A DNA stretch of 25,500 bases from a virus. Its lineage: Duplodnaviria > Caudoviricetes. The stretch lies in IMG/VR virus record IMGVR_UViG_3300020365_000113, positions 1 to 25,500 of that record; one strand, given 5' to 3'. The notes below the pieces were generated by a model. It was not told where the DNA came from and did not search any database. It saw nothing but the letters and a program-made list of their open reading frames with translations. Both the position numbers and the translations under genes were made by a program. Position 1 is the stretch's first letter. Each line of letters opens with the position of its first letter. This document shows, piece by piece, positions 18,518-25,389 of this stretch.

Positions 18518-18717
18518 AAGATCAGAACTCGGTTCAAGAAGTTGAAACTAAGGGTGAAAAGTGGTACAGAGCAAAGGCATTGTTCCTAGAGTCTGTCATC
18601 AAACCAGATAGTGATCTCCGTTCTTGTGCTCACAATCAACATTGTTATTATGAACTAATGGAAATTCGTAGTCAAATCATGGACTATGTTGCACATTTAC
18701 ATAATCCCCACCAATGA
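18514..18717 (+). CDS. Hypothetical protein
   Basis: ATGA overlaps at both ends. Confidence 0.72.
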   Translation: MKDQNSVQEVETKGEKWYRAKALFLESVIKPDSDLRSCAHNQHCYYELMEIRSQIMDYVAHLHNPHQ

Positions 18718-19238
18718 GGATAGGTGTACTTTGTTCTGGAAATGGTTCTAACTTTGAGAACATTGTAAGAACCTGTAAACGCGATGAAGTTGTAGTTATG
18801 ATCTACAACAAATCAAAGTGTGGTGCTCATAAGAGAGCAGATAAACTTGGTATTCCAAACTGTCACTTAAAATCTAAGAATGAGTTTGAGATTATCAGTT
18901 TACTTCAAGCTTGGGGTGTTGAACTTGTAGTTCTTGCAGGATGGATGAGAATTGTATCCCCAAAATTGATAAATGCCTTTCCTGATAGGATTATCAATGT
19001 TCATCCATCATTGTTGCCAAAATATAAAGGTCTCCATGCTATTGAACAAGCAATGGAAGCAAATGATAGTGAAACTGGTTGCACGGTTCACTTTGTAAGT
19101 GAAGAACTTGATAGTGGACCTATCATTATACAGAAAGCAGTTCCTATTCTTGAAGATGATGATGTAAAGACTCTTACAAGAAGAATACAACTTGCAGAGT
19201 ATGAAATTTTACCCAAAGCTATTGATTTACTTCGCTAA
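18714..19238 (+). CDS. purN: Phosphoribosylglycinamide formyltransferase (auxiliary metabolic gene)
   Basis: VLCSGNGSNF, VLAGWMRI, INVHPSLLPKYKG, TGCTVHFV, LDSGPII; catalytic Asn/His/Asp intact. Confidence 0.93.
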   Translation: MRIGVLCSGNGSNFENIVRTCKRDEVVVMIYNKSKCGAHKRADKLGIPNCHLKSKNEFEIISLLQAWGVELVVLAGWMRIVSPKLINAFPDRIINVHPSLLPKYKGLHAIEQAMEANDSETGCTVHFVSEELDSGPIIIQKAVPILEDDDVKTLTRRIQLAEYEILPKAIDLLR

Positions 19239-19245
19239 TGTGGAG

Positions 19246-19274
19246 TTGACAATAGGGGTAAATAGTAGTATGAT
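19246..19274 (+). promoter_or_regulatory. Sigma70-type promoter TTGACA-N17-TATGAT with nested TAAATA
   Basis: TTGACA at 19246-51, TATGAT at 19269-74, TAAATA at 19259-64 inside the spacer. Confidence 0.8.
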
Positions 19275-19298
19275 CAGGTTATAAAACACCAATACATC

Positions 19299-19493
19299 AT
19301 GGCTTACAAACCGTATAGTCCAGAATGGCATAGGTATCGATACTTGAAAGAGGCGATCGATAAGTATTTGGATGATTATGTTGATAATGAAGTAATCGTC
19401 AAGGACATTCTGGATATTGTGTGTGTTCGTCAGGAACGAGCACATGCCGAGTATCACAAACTCGAAGACCTAGAGTTAAAACTAAGAGACTAA
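19299..19493 (+). CDS. Hypothetical cyanophage protein
   Basis: Follows a promoter; YKPYSPEWH start; 1 nt from the next gene. Confidence 0.75.
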   Translation: MAYKPYSPEWHRYRYLKEAIDKYLDDYVDNEVIVKDILDIVCVRQERAHAEYHKLEDLELKLRD

Positions 19494-19494
19494 T

Positions 19495-19809
19495 ATGCTA
19501 TCTACTGCTTACCGACTTCGTCTTGAGTCTATCTGTACTTGTATTGCAAATAAAGAAGAAGTTCCTCTGGAAGATATGATCTGGGCAGAGAAACTTGCTA
19601 AGCGTCACACTACTGCTAGAGATTGGTTGAACAAAGCAAGACGCCATGCTGCTCAAGATATTGAAGAGGGCAGTATTGATGATTTTATGAATAGGATGGG
19701 ACTAGGTGATCCCGACCCATCCAATTATAAAACGGGATTTGATGGTGCAGAAGATATTAAAGATTGGTTCCAAAGAGATAAACCTGACGATTGGAGACAG
19801 CGTGACTAA
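19495..19809 (+). CDS. Conserved hypothetical cyanophage protein
   Basis: MLST.YRLRLE.IC...DMIWAEKLAK...GLGDPDP...DDWRQRD, recalled as a widespread cyanomyovirus family. Confidence 0.8.
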   Translation: MLSTAYRLRLESICTCIANKEEVPLEDMIWAEKLAKRHTTARDWLNKARRHAAQDIEEGSIDDFMNRMGLGDPDPSNYKTGFDGAEDIKDWFQRDKPDDWRQRD

Positions 19810-19942
19810 GATTACACCAGAAACTTACGAGGAAATGAATCGTGAGTTTGAAGAAGAAGGACTCGCCTTCAGAATTATTGTCCCAACACAAGAACAAATT
19901 GATGACTGGCAAAAAGGTAACAGAACTGAATATAGTAAATAA
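19802..19942 (+). CDS. Small hypothetical protein (46 aa)
   Basis: GTG start overlapping the upstream stop: MTKITPETYEEMNREFEEEGLAFRI...; this is the 3' part of the track ORF 19706..19942. Confidence 0.55.
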   Translation: MTKITPETYEEMNREFEEEGLAFRIIVPTQEQIDDWQKGNRTEYSK

Positions 19943-20057
19943 CTTAGTGGAAAAGATTGCTGAACTCCTTGATGCAGAAGTTCATCACTCTCTTCTGGTT
20001 GACTATAAAGGTCAAGAACAAAGAAAAATTTCAATCGTATATACGGAGAAAGAATGA
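19902..20057 (+). CDS. Small hypothetical protein
   Basis: ATG 19902 preferred; ATGA overlap with the glutaredoxin gene. Confidence 0.55.
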   Translation: MTGKKVTELNIVNNLVEKIAELLDAEVHHSLLVDYKGQEQRKISIVYTEKE

Positions 20058-20296
20058 TGGGCACTGTTGTCTTGTATTCAAATGGCAATCAAGAGTGTGA
20101 ACGCGCTAAGAATCTGTTAGAAACACTTAACTTTCAGATTCAAGTATATAAATTAAATCATCATTTCTCACAAAGAGGATTTGAAGCAGAGTTTGGCAAT
20201 GAAGCAGAATATCCACAAGTTAATGTTGGATTTAAACATATTGGTGGACTAAAAGAAACTCTAAATTATTTGAAAAACGAAAAAATTATTAAATGA
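20054..20296 (+). CDS. Glutaredoxin-like protein (single Cys)
   Basis: VVLYS...QECERAKNLL, YPQV (cis-Pro), HIGG. Confidence 0.8.
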   Translation: MMGTVVLYSNGNQECERAKNLLETLNFQIQVYKLNHHFSQRGFEAEFGNEAEYPQVNVGFKHIGGLKETLNYLKNEKIIK

Positions 20297-20460
20297 CTAA
20301 TCCAGTTTCATATATAAAAAACACTAGGAAAACCTATCGAAAAGATCTTCAAGAAGTTATTACTGAAGTTCAAGTTCAGTTTGCTAATGAAGAACCTGCA
20401 TGGATTCCTTTTGCAACTTTATTGAGTATGATGGAGAAATTAGATGCAAACTTGGTTTGA
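20293..20460 (+). CDS. Small cyanophage protein (55 aa); not in the ORF track
   Basis: MTNPVSYIKNTRKTYRKDLQEVITEVQVQFANEEPAWIPFATLL...; ATGA-coupled and fills the gap. Confidence 0.72.
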   Translation: MTNPVSYIKNTRKTYRKDLQEVITEVQVQFANEEPAWIPFATLLSMMEKLDANLV

Positions 20461-21001
20461 ATATATTTCACGGACTTGGTTTGAGTGGGGTAAACCCCAA
20501 AGCTTTGATCCTGATGCGTATAAATCTTATGAACATTCTATGAGTGATTATCCTCAACATTGGGGAGCACTTTGGCCTGTTTATTATAATGAACCATCTC
20601 AAGAAGAAATTGATAATCAGTGTCCTATGTTTGCTGATCCAAACATCTTTCTTTTAGATCAAGGAAACTATAAGTTAGATAAGGATGCTAAGATTTTTTG
20701 TTGGAAAAAAGACGAAAAATATGTACACTCTATAGGTATTAAACTTTGTGGAGTTGATCTATGGGTAGATTCCAAATACTTCTCTACTAATAGATCAAAA
20801 GATGGAACTTCAATTCCGCATTTTAATTACTTAGAAAATCCACCACCAATCGTACCTGATAGGGAATCTGAAGGTTGGTATGCTTTATATAAAGAAACTG
20901 TTGGTTCTTGTGCAGCATGGGTTGATGCTGGTCAGGATATTCAGCAACGATATGAAGATCATATTAGAGTGACAAGGTTTCCAGAACTGGCAAATGTATA
21001 A
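20444..21001 (+). CDS. Hypothetical protein, aromatic-rich
   Basis: 185-aa ORF in the operon direction; no motif recognised. Confidence 0.7.
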   Translation: MQTWFEYISRTWFEWGKPQSFDPDAYKSYEHSMSDYPQHWGALWPVYYNEPSQEEIDNQCPMFADPNIFLLDQGNYKLDKDAKIFCWKKDEKYVHSIGIKLCGVDLWVDSKYFSTNRSKDGTSIPHFNYLENPPPIVPDRESEGWYALYKETVGSCAAWVDAGQDIQQRYEDHIRVTRFPELANV

Positions 21002-21013
21002 ATTTTTAAGACA

Positions 21014-21160
21014 ATGTACCACGATTTTTTAGATAACTTACCTAACTATCAATATCAAAAGATGTACGGTAAAAATGGACAAAGGGGAGTTCAAAAAGAG
21101 GTTAATGACGGGGAAGATAGCAAATCCCAAACCCTGGATGTACAAAGGGGTGAAAAGTGA
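21014..21160 (+). CDS. Small hypothetical protein (48 aa); not in the ORF track
   Basis: MYHDFLDNLPNYQYQKM...; starts 12 nt after the upstream stop. Confidence 0.5.
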   Translation: MYHDFLDNLPNYQYQKMYGKNGQRGVQKEVNDGEDSKSQTLDVQRGEK

Positions 21161-21236
21161 TGAGCAATCTAAACTTACATGGTGGCAATCAGTAAAGAGA
21201 TGGATTCATGAAAAAGTTAATCTATATCGTTCGTGA
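21075..21236 (+). CDS. Small hypothetical protein (53 aa); not in the ORF track
   Basis: MDKGEFKKRLMTGKIANPKPWMYKG...; overlaps both neighbours. Confidence 0.4.
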   Translation: MDKGEFKKRLMTGKIANPKPWMYKGVKSDEQSKLTWWQSVKRWIHEKVNLYRS

Positions 21237-21459
21237 ATATCTTTGGTGGGGTTCTGAAATCCTATCAGATATTTTGTATCCATATAATGATGATGAGTAT
21301 AACTCTAGTGATATGAAGGTATCCATCAACACTCAGAGTATCTTAGATGATTATATGAAAACTACCAATGAACGAGTAGAAAGACTGCAAAGTGAGATGA
21401 TTCAGGTTCAAAATCAACTCAATAATCTAAATAGGTCGTTAAGGGACAAATCCGAATGA
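21208..21459 (+). CDS. Hypothetical protein with C-terminal coiled coil
   Basis: Heptad pattern VERLQSEMIQVQNQLNNL. Confidence 0.65.
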   Translation: MKKLIYIVREYLWWGSEILSDILYPYNDDEYNSSDMKVSINTQSILDDYMKTTNERVERLQSEMIQVQNQLNNLNRSLRDKSE

Positions 21460-21462
21460 CCC

Positions 21463-21609
21463 ATGAAAGACAAGAAAGCAACCAAACTAATCATTAAAAG
21501 AGCTAAAAAACATCCTGATTGGTACACTAAAGAAGAGTTGATGTATGTTAAAATGATCAGGAAACTCATTAAAGCGGAGGAAAAGAAGGGAAATGAACAC
21601 ACACTTTGA
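21463..21609 (+). CDS. Small basic cyanophage protein (48 aa); not in the ORF track
   Basis: MKDKKATKLIIKRAKKHPDWYTKEELMYVKMIRK...; CTAAATA at 21427-33 upstream. Confidence 0.72.
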   Translation: MKDKKATKLIIKRAKKHPDWYTKEELMYVKMIRKLIKAEEKKGNEHTL

Positions 21610-21910
21610 CTGGACAATCAGTCATTTAAGAAAGTATGCCATTCATGATGGGAACCCTGATATTGTATATGAGGTTGGATATTCTCTTACTGGCATCAAT
21701 ACAACTGGTGTCGCATTAACAGAGTATTATACTCGCGGTAGTCTACAGTTAAATACTGATAATATCACTGATCCTGTTGCATACTCTGATATTACAAAGG
21801 ATAATATAGTTGCTTGGATCAATCAACAGTACCCAAACATTGAAGAGTCTGTTATTGATCGACTCAATACATCCAATCAATCAATAATTAAAAACATGCC
21901 TTGGGAATGA
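21593..21910 (+). CDS. Hypothetical phage protein (WTI...Y.DIT...V.W...PW family, often fibre-associated)
   Basis: Pattern FDWTISHL / VAYSDITKDNIVAW / terminal MPW, recalled from marine phage proteins. Confidence 0.65.
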   Translation: MNTHFDWTISHLRKYAIHDGNPDIVYEVGYSLTGINTTGVALTEYYTRGSLQLNTDNITDPVAYSDITKDNIVAWINQQYPNIEESVIDRLNTSNQSIIKNMPWE

Positions 21911-22083
21911 TGGTAAATGATGATTCTTTGACTGTAGAGCAGAATCAAGATGGTTCCTTTACATTAGAATGGGATAAAGAAGATCCTAAATGGAATTTCT
22001 TAAATGGATTGACATCCAAAGAAATTACTGCTATGATTGAAACTGCATTGAAAATGGATGAACTTAATGACAGAAGAGAGTAG
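21907..22083 (+). CDS. Small hypothetical cyanophage protein
   Basis: QNQDGSFTLEWDKEDPKWNFLNGLTSKEI; ATGA overlap. Confidence 0.72.
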   Translation: MMVNDDSLTVEQNQDGSFTLEWDKEDPKWNFLNGLTSKEITAMIETALKMDELNDRRE

Positions 22084-22351
22084 TTACGCACTTCGTCAAT
22101 TAGAAGATGCTGTAGAAGATGCACTTGAATCAGATTGTACTCCAGATGAGATTTACAGTGTAATTCGTACTGTTGCGCGTCGTAAGATGTTATATTATCG
22201 AGCATGTGCGAAGGGTGCAGGCAATCTACTTGATTTGATGAATGGTCTTGAAAACCGAAAGAATTGGGTAGATTATACTGAATTGCCCACTGGTGACTCT
22301 GGTAAGGTTGACATGGGTGGACCTATAGAAAATCCTTATGTTAAGAAGTGA
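22067..22351 (+). CDS. Hypothetical protein
   Basis: Packed + strand ORF; ATG 22067 or 22058. Confidence 0.7.
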   Translation: MTEESSYALRQLEDAVEDALESDCTPDEIYSVIRTVARRKMLYYRACAKGAGNLLDLMNGLENRKNWVDYTELPTGDSGKVDMGGPIENPYVKK

Positions 22352-22411
22352 TGTTTGTAGGCTTTTCCTAACAAAAGCGTGCTATAGTTGCAGAATCTTC
22401 AAATCGCCACT

Positions 22412-22615
22412 ATGATTAACCTGGATGAACGATACCACTCCTATCTACACACAGATAAGTGCTTCAATATCGATGGATCTTGCGAAAAGGTTCGTGCATA
22501 CGGATGGAATAGTGAGGGCAATGCTATTGTAGGGCATTATGTCACTACAAGTAACTTCAAACTATTCTATGATATGGAGGGAATGTTTATCCGAAAAGAA
22601 AACTTGGTTAAATAA
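22412..22615 (+). CDS. Hypothetical cyanophage protein
   Basis: MINLDERYHSYL...; preceded by TGCTATAGT (22380-88), an extended -10 candidate. Confidence 0.7.
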   Translation: MINLDERYHSYLHTDKCFNIDGSCEKVRAYGWNSEGNAIVGHYVTTSNFKLFYDMEGMFIRKENLVK

Positions 22616-22632
22616 TCAAAAGCTAAGAACAT

Positions 22633-22866
22633 ATGACTGATAAACAGGATTTGGATCATGTTTATATTGATCCAGAAGATGGCAAAGAGCATGTAAATCA
22701 CGGTATGCTTGAATATACCGAAGAAGACCTCAAAATGCATGGATTTATGGACAAGCATGAGGGAGAACAAGATGATGGTTGGAAACAACGCCATTCAGAT
22801 AAAGTTCTGGAAAAATACTGCGACAATCACCCAGATGCCCTTGAATGTAGAGTCTACGATGATTAA
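22633..22866 (+). CDS. CP12-like protein (atypical acidic/His-rich N-terminus, canonical C-terminal Cys pair)
   Basis: Ends in LEKYCDNHPDALECRVYDD; TAAATA at 22609-14 upstream. Confidence 0.8.
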   Translation: MTDKQDLDHVYIDPEDGKEHVNHGMLEYTEEDLKMHGFMDKHEGEQDDGWKQRHSDKVLEKYCDNHPDALECRVYDD

Positions 22867-23299
22867 AAAATTCTCCAATCTTTTTAAGAAGAAAAAAGAA
22901 GTGGAAACACAAACCACACTTCTTCAAAAGAAAGCAAACACATACAAGGTAGAATGTGCAATCGATGAAGAAATTGTGGACTGCCGCGAAATGGACAATC
23001 CTCCTTATATCGGTATTCCTGCTCCTGTCTACTTAGAAGATGATTCTTGGTTCGGTCCTGCTCCTCTTCGCTCAGAAAAGCAGTTAGATTATATGGAACA
23101 AGAAACTATCATTAAACAACAGGAAGCGCAAGAAACCCATGAATATAAGGGTGAACCTTGCAATATGCACCAGTTGATGTATGAAATGGCAACCAGTAAT
23201 TGGAATACTGTAGACGAAACTAGGGAGTCTATTGGTGGTTCTGAAAACTTCCAAACTGGTCCTGGTGGATGGAACTCTGGTGGTGGAATTGTTAAATAG
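22859..23299 (+). CDS. Hypothetical cyanophage protein
   Basis: ATG 22859 (MIKKFSNLF...) avoids the 150-nt overlap with the CP12-like gene. Confidence 0.7.
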   Translation: MIKKFSNLFKKKKEVETQTTLLQKKANTYKVECAIDEEIVDCREMDNPPYIGIPAPVYLEDDSWFGPAPLRSEKQLDYMEQETIIKQQEAQETHEYKGEPCNMHQLMYEMATSNWNTVDETRESIGGSENFQTGPGGWNSGGGIVK

Positions 23300-23327
23300 T
23301 AACAAATACTAACACAGGTATAGGTAC

Positions 23328-23543
23328 ATGTACCGTTCAATAGAGGATCACATTAGTGATAATCTTGCAAAGTTAGAAGATCCTTCAATGTCTCCTCAAG
23401 CAAGGAGACACTTGACAGAAGAGCTTGAGCATCTTATGATGTATCATGAAAACCATCCAGAAGATCATCACGATCCTACAGACTTTGAAATGTTCTGTGA
23501 TGAAGAACCCTGGGCACCTGAGTGTAAACTACACGACAACTAA
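23328..23543 (+). CDS. cp12: CP12 Calvin-cycle inhibitor (marine picocyanobacterial/phage type)
   Basis: SIEDHI...SPQARRH..EEL...HPEDHHDPT.FEMFCDEEPWAPECKLHDN; TAAATA at 23293-98 upstream. Confidence 0.85.
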   Translation: MYRSIEDHISDNLAKLEDPSMSPQARRHLTEELEHLMMYHENHPEDHHDPTDFEMFCDEEPWAPECKLHDN

Positions 23544-23834
23544 ATGAATCTCCCTTCGTCATTTACCCACGAACCTCCTAATGAAAACTTTACCTATGAG
23601 GTTACTGAGTTCAAGCGTAATTATCTTGCTATTTGGCTTGTCAACCACTCTTCATTTATTTTCAATGATGGTATTCCTGTCAAGACAATATGGGGATTCT
23701 ACAATACTAAAAAGGGAGAGTATCACGCACCCATCAACTTCAAAAAGTGTGGAGAAGTTGTGAGTTTCGATGATACTAGAGATTATACTGCAATGCAACT
23801 AAATTTAAATCCGTTACAAGCAGCGTTCATGTGA
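23544..23834 (+). CDS. Conserved hypothetical cyanophage protein
   Basis: F.HEPP...YEV..FKRN..AIWL...IWGFYNTKK..YHAPIN...YTAMQLNLNPL, a recalled cyanophage family; abuts cp12. Confidence 0.78.
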   Translation: MNLPSSFTHEPPNENFTYEVTEFKRNYLAIWLVNHSSFIFNDGIPVKTIWGFYNTKKGEYHAPINFKKCGEVVSFDDTRDYTAMQLNLNPLQAAFM

Positions 23835-23886
23835 CAGAAATATAACTGGTTGGGGGGCAGCAATGCCCCTTTTTTTATGCTATGAT
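23831..23886 (+). promoter_or_regulatory. Palindrome-associated promoter (copy 4) with extended -10
   Basis: GTGACA-GAAATATAAC-TGGTTG at 23831-52; TGCTATGAT at 23878-86. Confidence 0.65.
23852..23876 (+). terminator. Rho-independent terminator
   Basis: GGGGCA-GCAA-TGCCCC stem with a GNRA loop, followed by T7. Confidence 0.85.
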
Positions 23887-23907
23887 TAGAACATCGACAA
23901 GGATCCC

Positions 23908-24618
23908 ATGGGCACTCTCGCACAGATCGAAGCAGGTCGGAAGGCAAAGTATGATGGGCATACTGAAGAAGATACTTCAGCAGATACTTTGACTGAATCA
24001 ACAGGATATAAGCACGATACAGATGGTGCTAGTGATACAAAACGGGATATTGTTTGTGATGATCTTCAAGATTACTATAGCAAGAAATCAGTATCAAAAA
24101 ACCATACTCAATGTCATCTAACATCTTCAGATGTTTGGTGTACTTATTTCAATATCACTGGTGAACTTCGTGAATGGTTTGGATTGTTCTTTGGAACACC
24201 CCATGAAGATGTTAGTAATGGTGCTCACCCACAACATCGTGTTGTTGATAACGATCGATTGAATCAACTTGGTCTTAAGTGGTTCAATGATCACAAGATG
24301 GAAACCTTTGATGCTATCGTTCGTAAGGGAATCTATCGCAATAAAAAGACCAAGGAGATTAAACTTGGTGAACCAGTCAACAAAATGATATGGTATAATA
24401 AAATTACGAAAGAAGAGTGGAAGTACGATATTCAGGATATTGCTGATGTTATTGAAGGTGGAAAGTGGGTTCTGAATCCTACTACACTTTACTTCGTTGA
24501 TGCTAACGGTAATAAACTATTTCACCTTCAGATGAAGGGATCTGGAGCAAAGTTCAACTCTGGTTATCACTCTCTCATGTTCCACATTTATCGTCCTCAA
24601 GTAAATGATTATCAATAA
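23908..24618 (+). CDS. Putative type II restriction endonuclease, HinP1I/MspI-like
   Basis: G...K.DG..EE.. N-terminal helix, TKRDI, YSKKSVS...Q, F.G, W..HK...D.IVRKG, LQMKG..., LMFHI. These parallel the motif order I recall for R.HinP1I (GSKTAKDGFKNE, KSDI, QVKLVS..NQ, IQRKGG, LQFKI). Confidence 0.65.
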   Translation: MGTLAQIEAGRKAKYDGHTEEDTSADTLTESTGYKHDTDGASDTKRDIVCDDLQDYYSKKSVSKNHTQCHLTSSDVWCTYFNITGELREWFGLFFGTPHEDVSNGAHPQHRVVDNDRLNQLGLKWFNDHKMETFDAIVRKGIYRNKKTKEIKLGEPVNKMIWYNKITKEEWKYDIQDIADVIEGGKWVLNPTTLYFVDANGNKLFHLQMKGSGAKFNSGYHSLMFHIYRPQVNDYQ

Positions 24619-25369
24619 AGATTGTATTGAGGGGATGAAGGATCTGGAGGAAAACTCCATTGATTGTATCATCACATCTCCTCCATATAACAAGAAGGGA
24701 TTGTTAGGTAAAGTGAAGCAAGGTAATCAAATCTGGGGTAAGTTTCAGATTGATTACAACACATATGGTGATGACATGCCTGAAGGAGAGTATCAGGCAT
24801 GGATGATAGAGTTTTTGAATCAATGTCATCGTATCATCAAACCAGAGGGTAGTATATTCTTTAATCATAAACCCCGTAGATATAAGAATCGTTGTTATCT
24901 TCCAACAGATTTTATCAGTCAAAGTGATGCTCAGTTATATCAACTGATCATCTGGGATAGAAGAAACTCTCCTAACATTCGCAATGATGTTCTTGTACCA
25001 TGCACAGAACATATCTACTGGTTCTGTAAAAAGAAACCAAAAGTATTTCGTGATGCTATAGATCCTGCATACAAAGGTGAAGTATGGGTGATCAATCCTG
25101 AGCGGCAGAAACAACACCCAGCACCATTTCCACCACAACTTGTCAGAAACTGTATTCAACTTACTACTGAGGAAAATGATATTGTCCTTGATCCTTTCAT
25201 GGGATCTGGTACTACTGCTATTGTTGCAGAAGAACTTAAGCGACAATGGATTGGATTTGACATTGATCAGAAGTATATTGAAATCACACAGAACCGTATA
25301 AACAAGAGTGTGCCAGTTCAAGAGGTGGCACAGCAGGCACAGAATCCCCTTGCAGATGCCCTATACTGA
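24605..25369 (+). CDS. Beta-class DNA amino-methyltransferase (SPPY, probably N4-cytosine)
   Basis: IDCIITSPPY (motif IV) precedes HPAPFP (X) and VLDPFMGSGTT (I), then IGFDI (II). Confidence 0.92.
   Translation: MIINKDCIEGMKDLEENSIDCIITSPPYNKKGLLGKVKQGNQIWGKFQIDYNTYGDDMPEGEYQAWMIEFLNQCHRIIKPEGSIFFNHKPRRYKNRCYLPTDFISQSDAQLYQLIIWDRRNSPNIRNDVLVPCTEHIYWFCKKKPKVFRDAIDPAYKGEVWVINPERQKQHPAPFPPQLVRNCIQLTTEENDIVLDPFMGSGTTAIVAEELKRQWIGFDIDQKYIEITQNRINKSVPVQEVAQQAQNPLADALY
25310..25367 (+). promoter_or_regulatory. Palindrome-associated promoter (copy 5), within the MTase 3' end
   Basis: GTGCCA-GTTCAAGAGG-TGGCAC at 25310-31 (perfect 6-bp arms); TATACT at 25362-67. Confidence 0.72.
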
Positions 25370-25389
25370 CTTCAGTTCAAACAAAGGCA

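Noticed and set aside
20969-21004. GTGACA...AACTGGCA and TATAAATT as a palindrome promoter or late promoter
   Set aside because: Arm spacing is not 10 nt, and the late consensus has a mismatch at its last base.
4646-25321. Minus-strand and nested ORFs of 60-160 aa in the track
   Set aside because: All lie over well-supported + strand genes, have no recognisable motifs and lack minus-strand expression signals.
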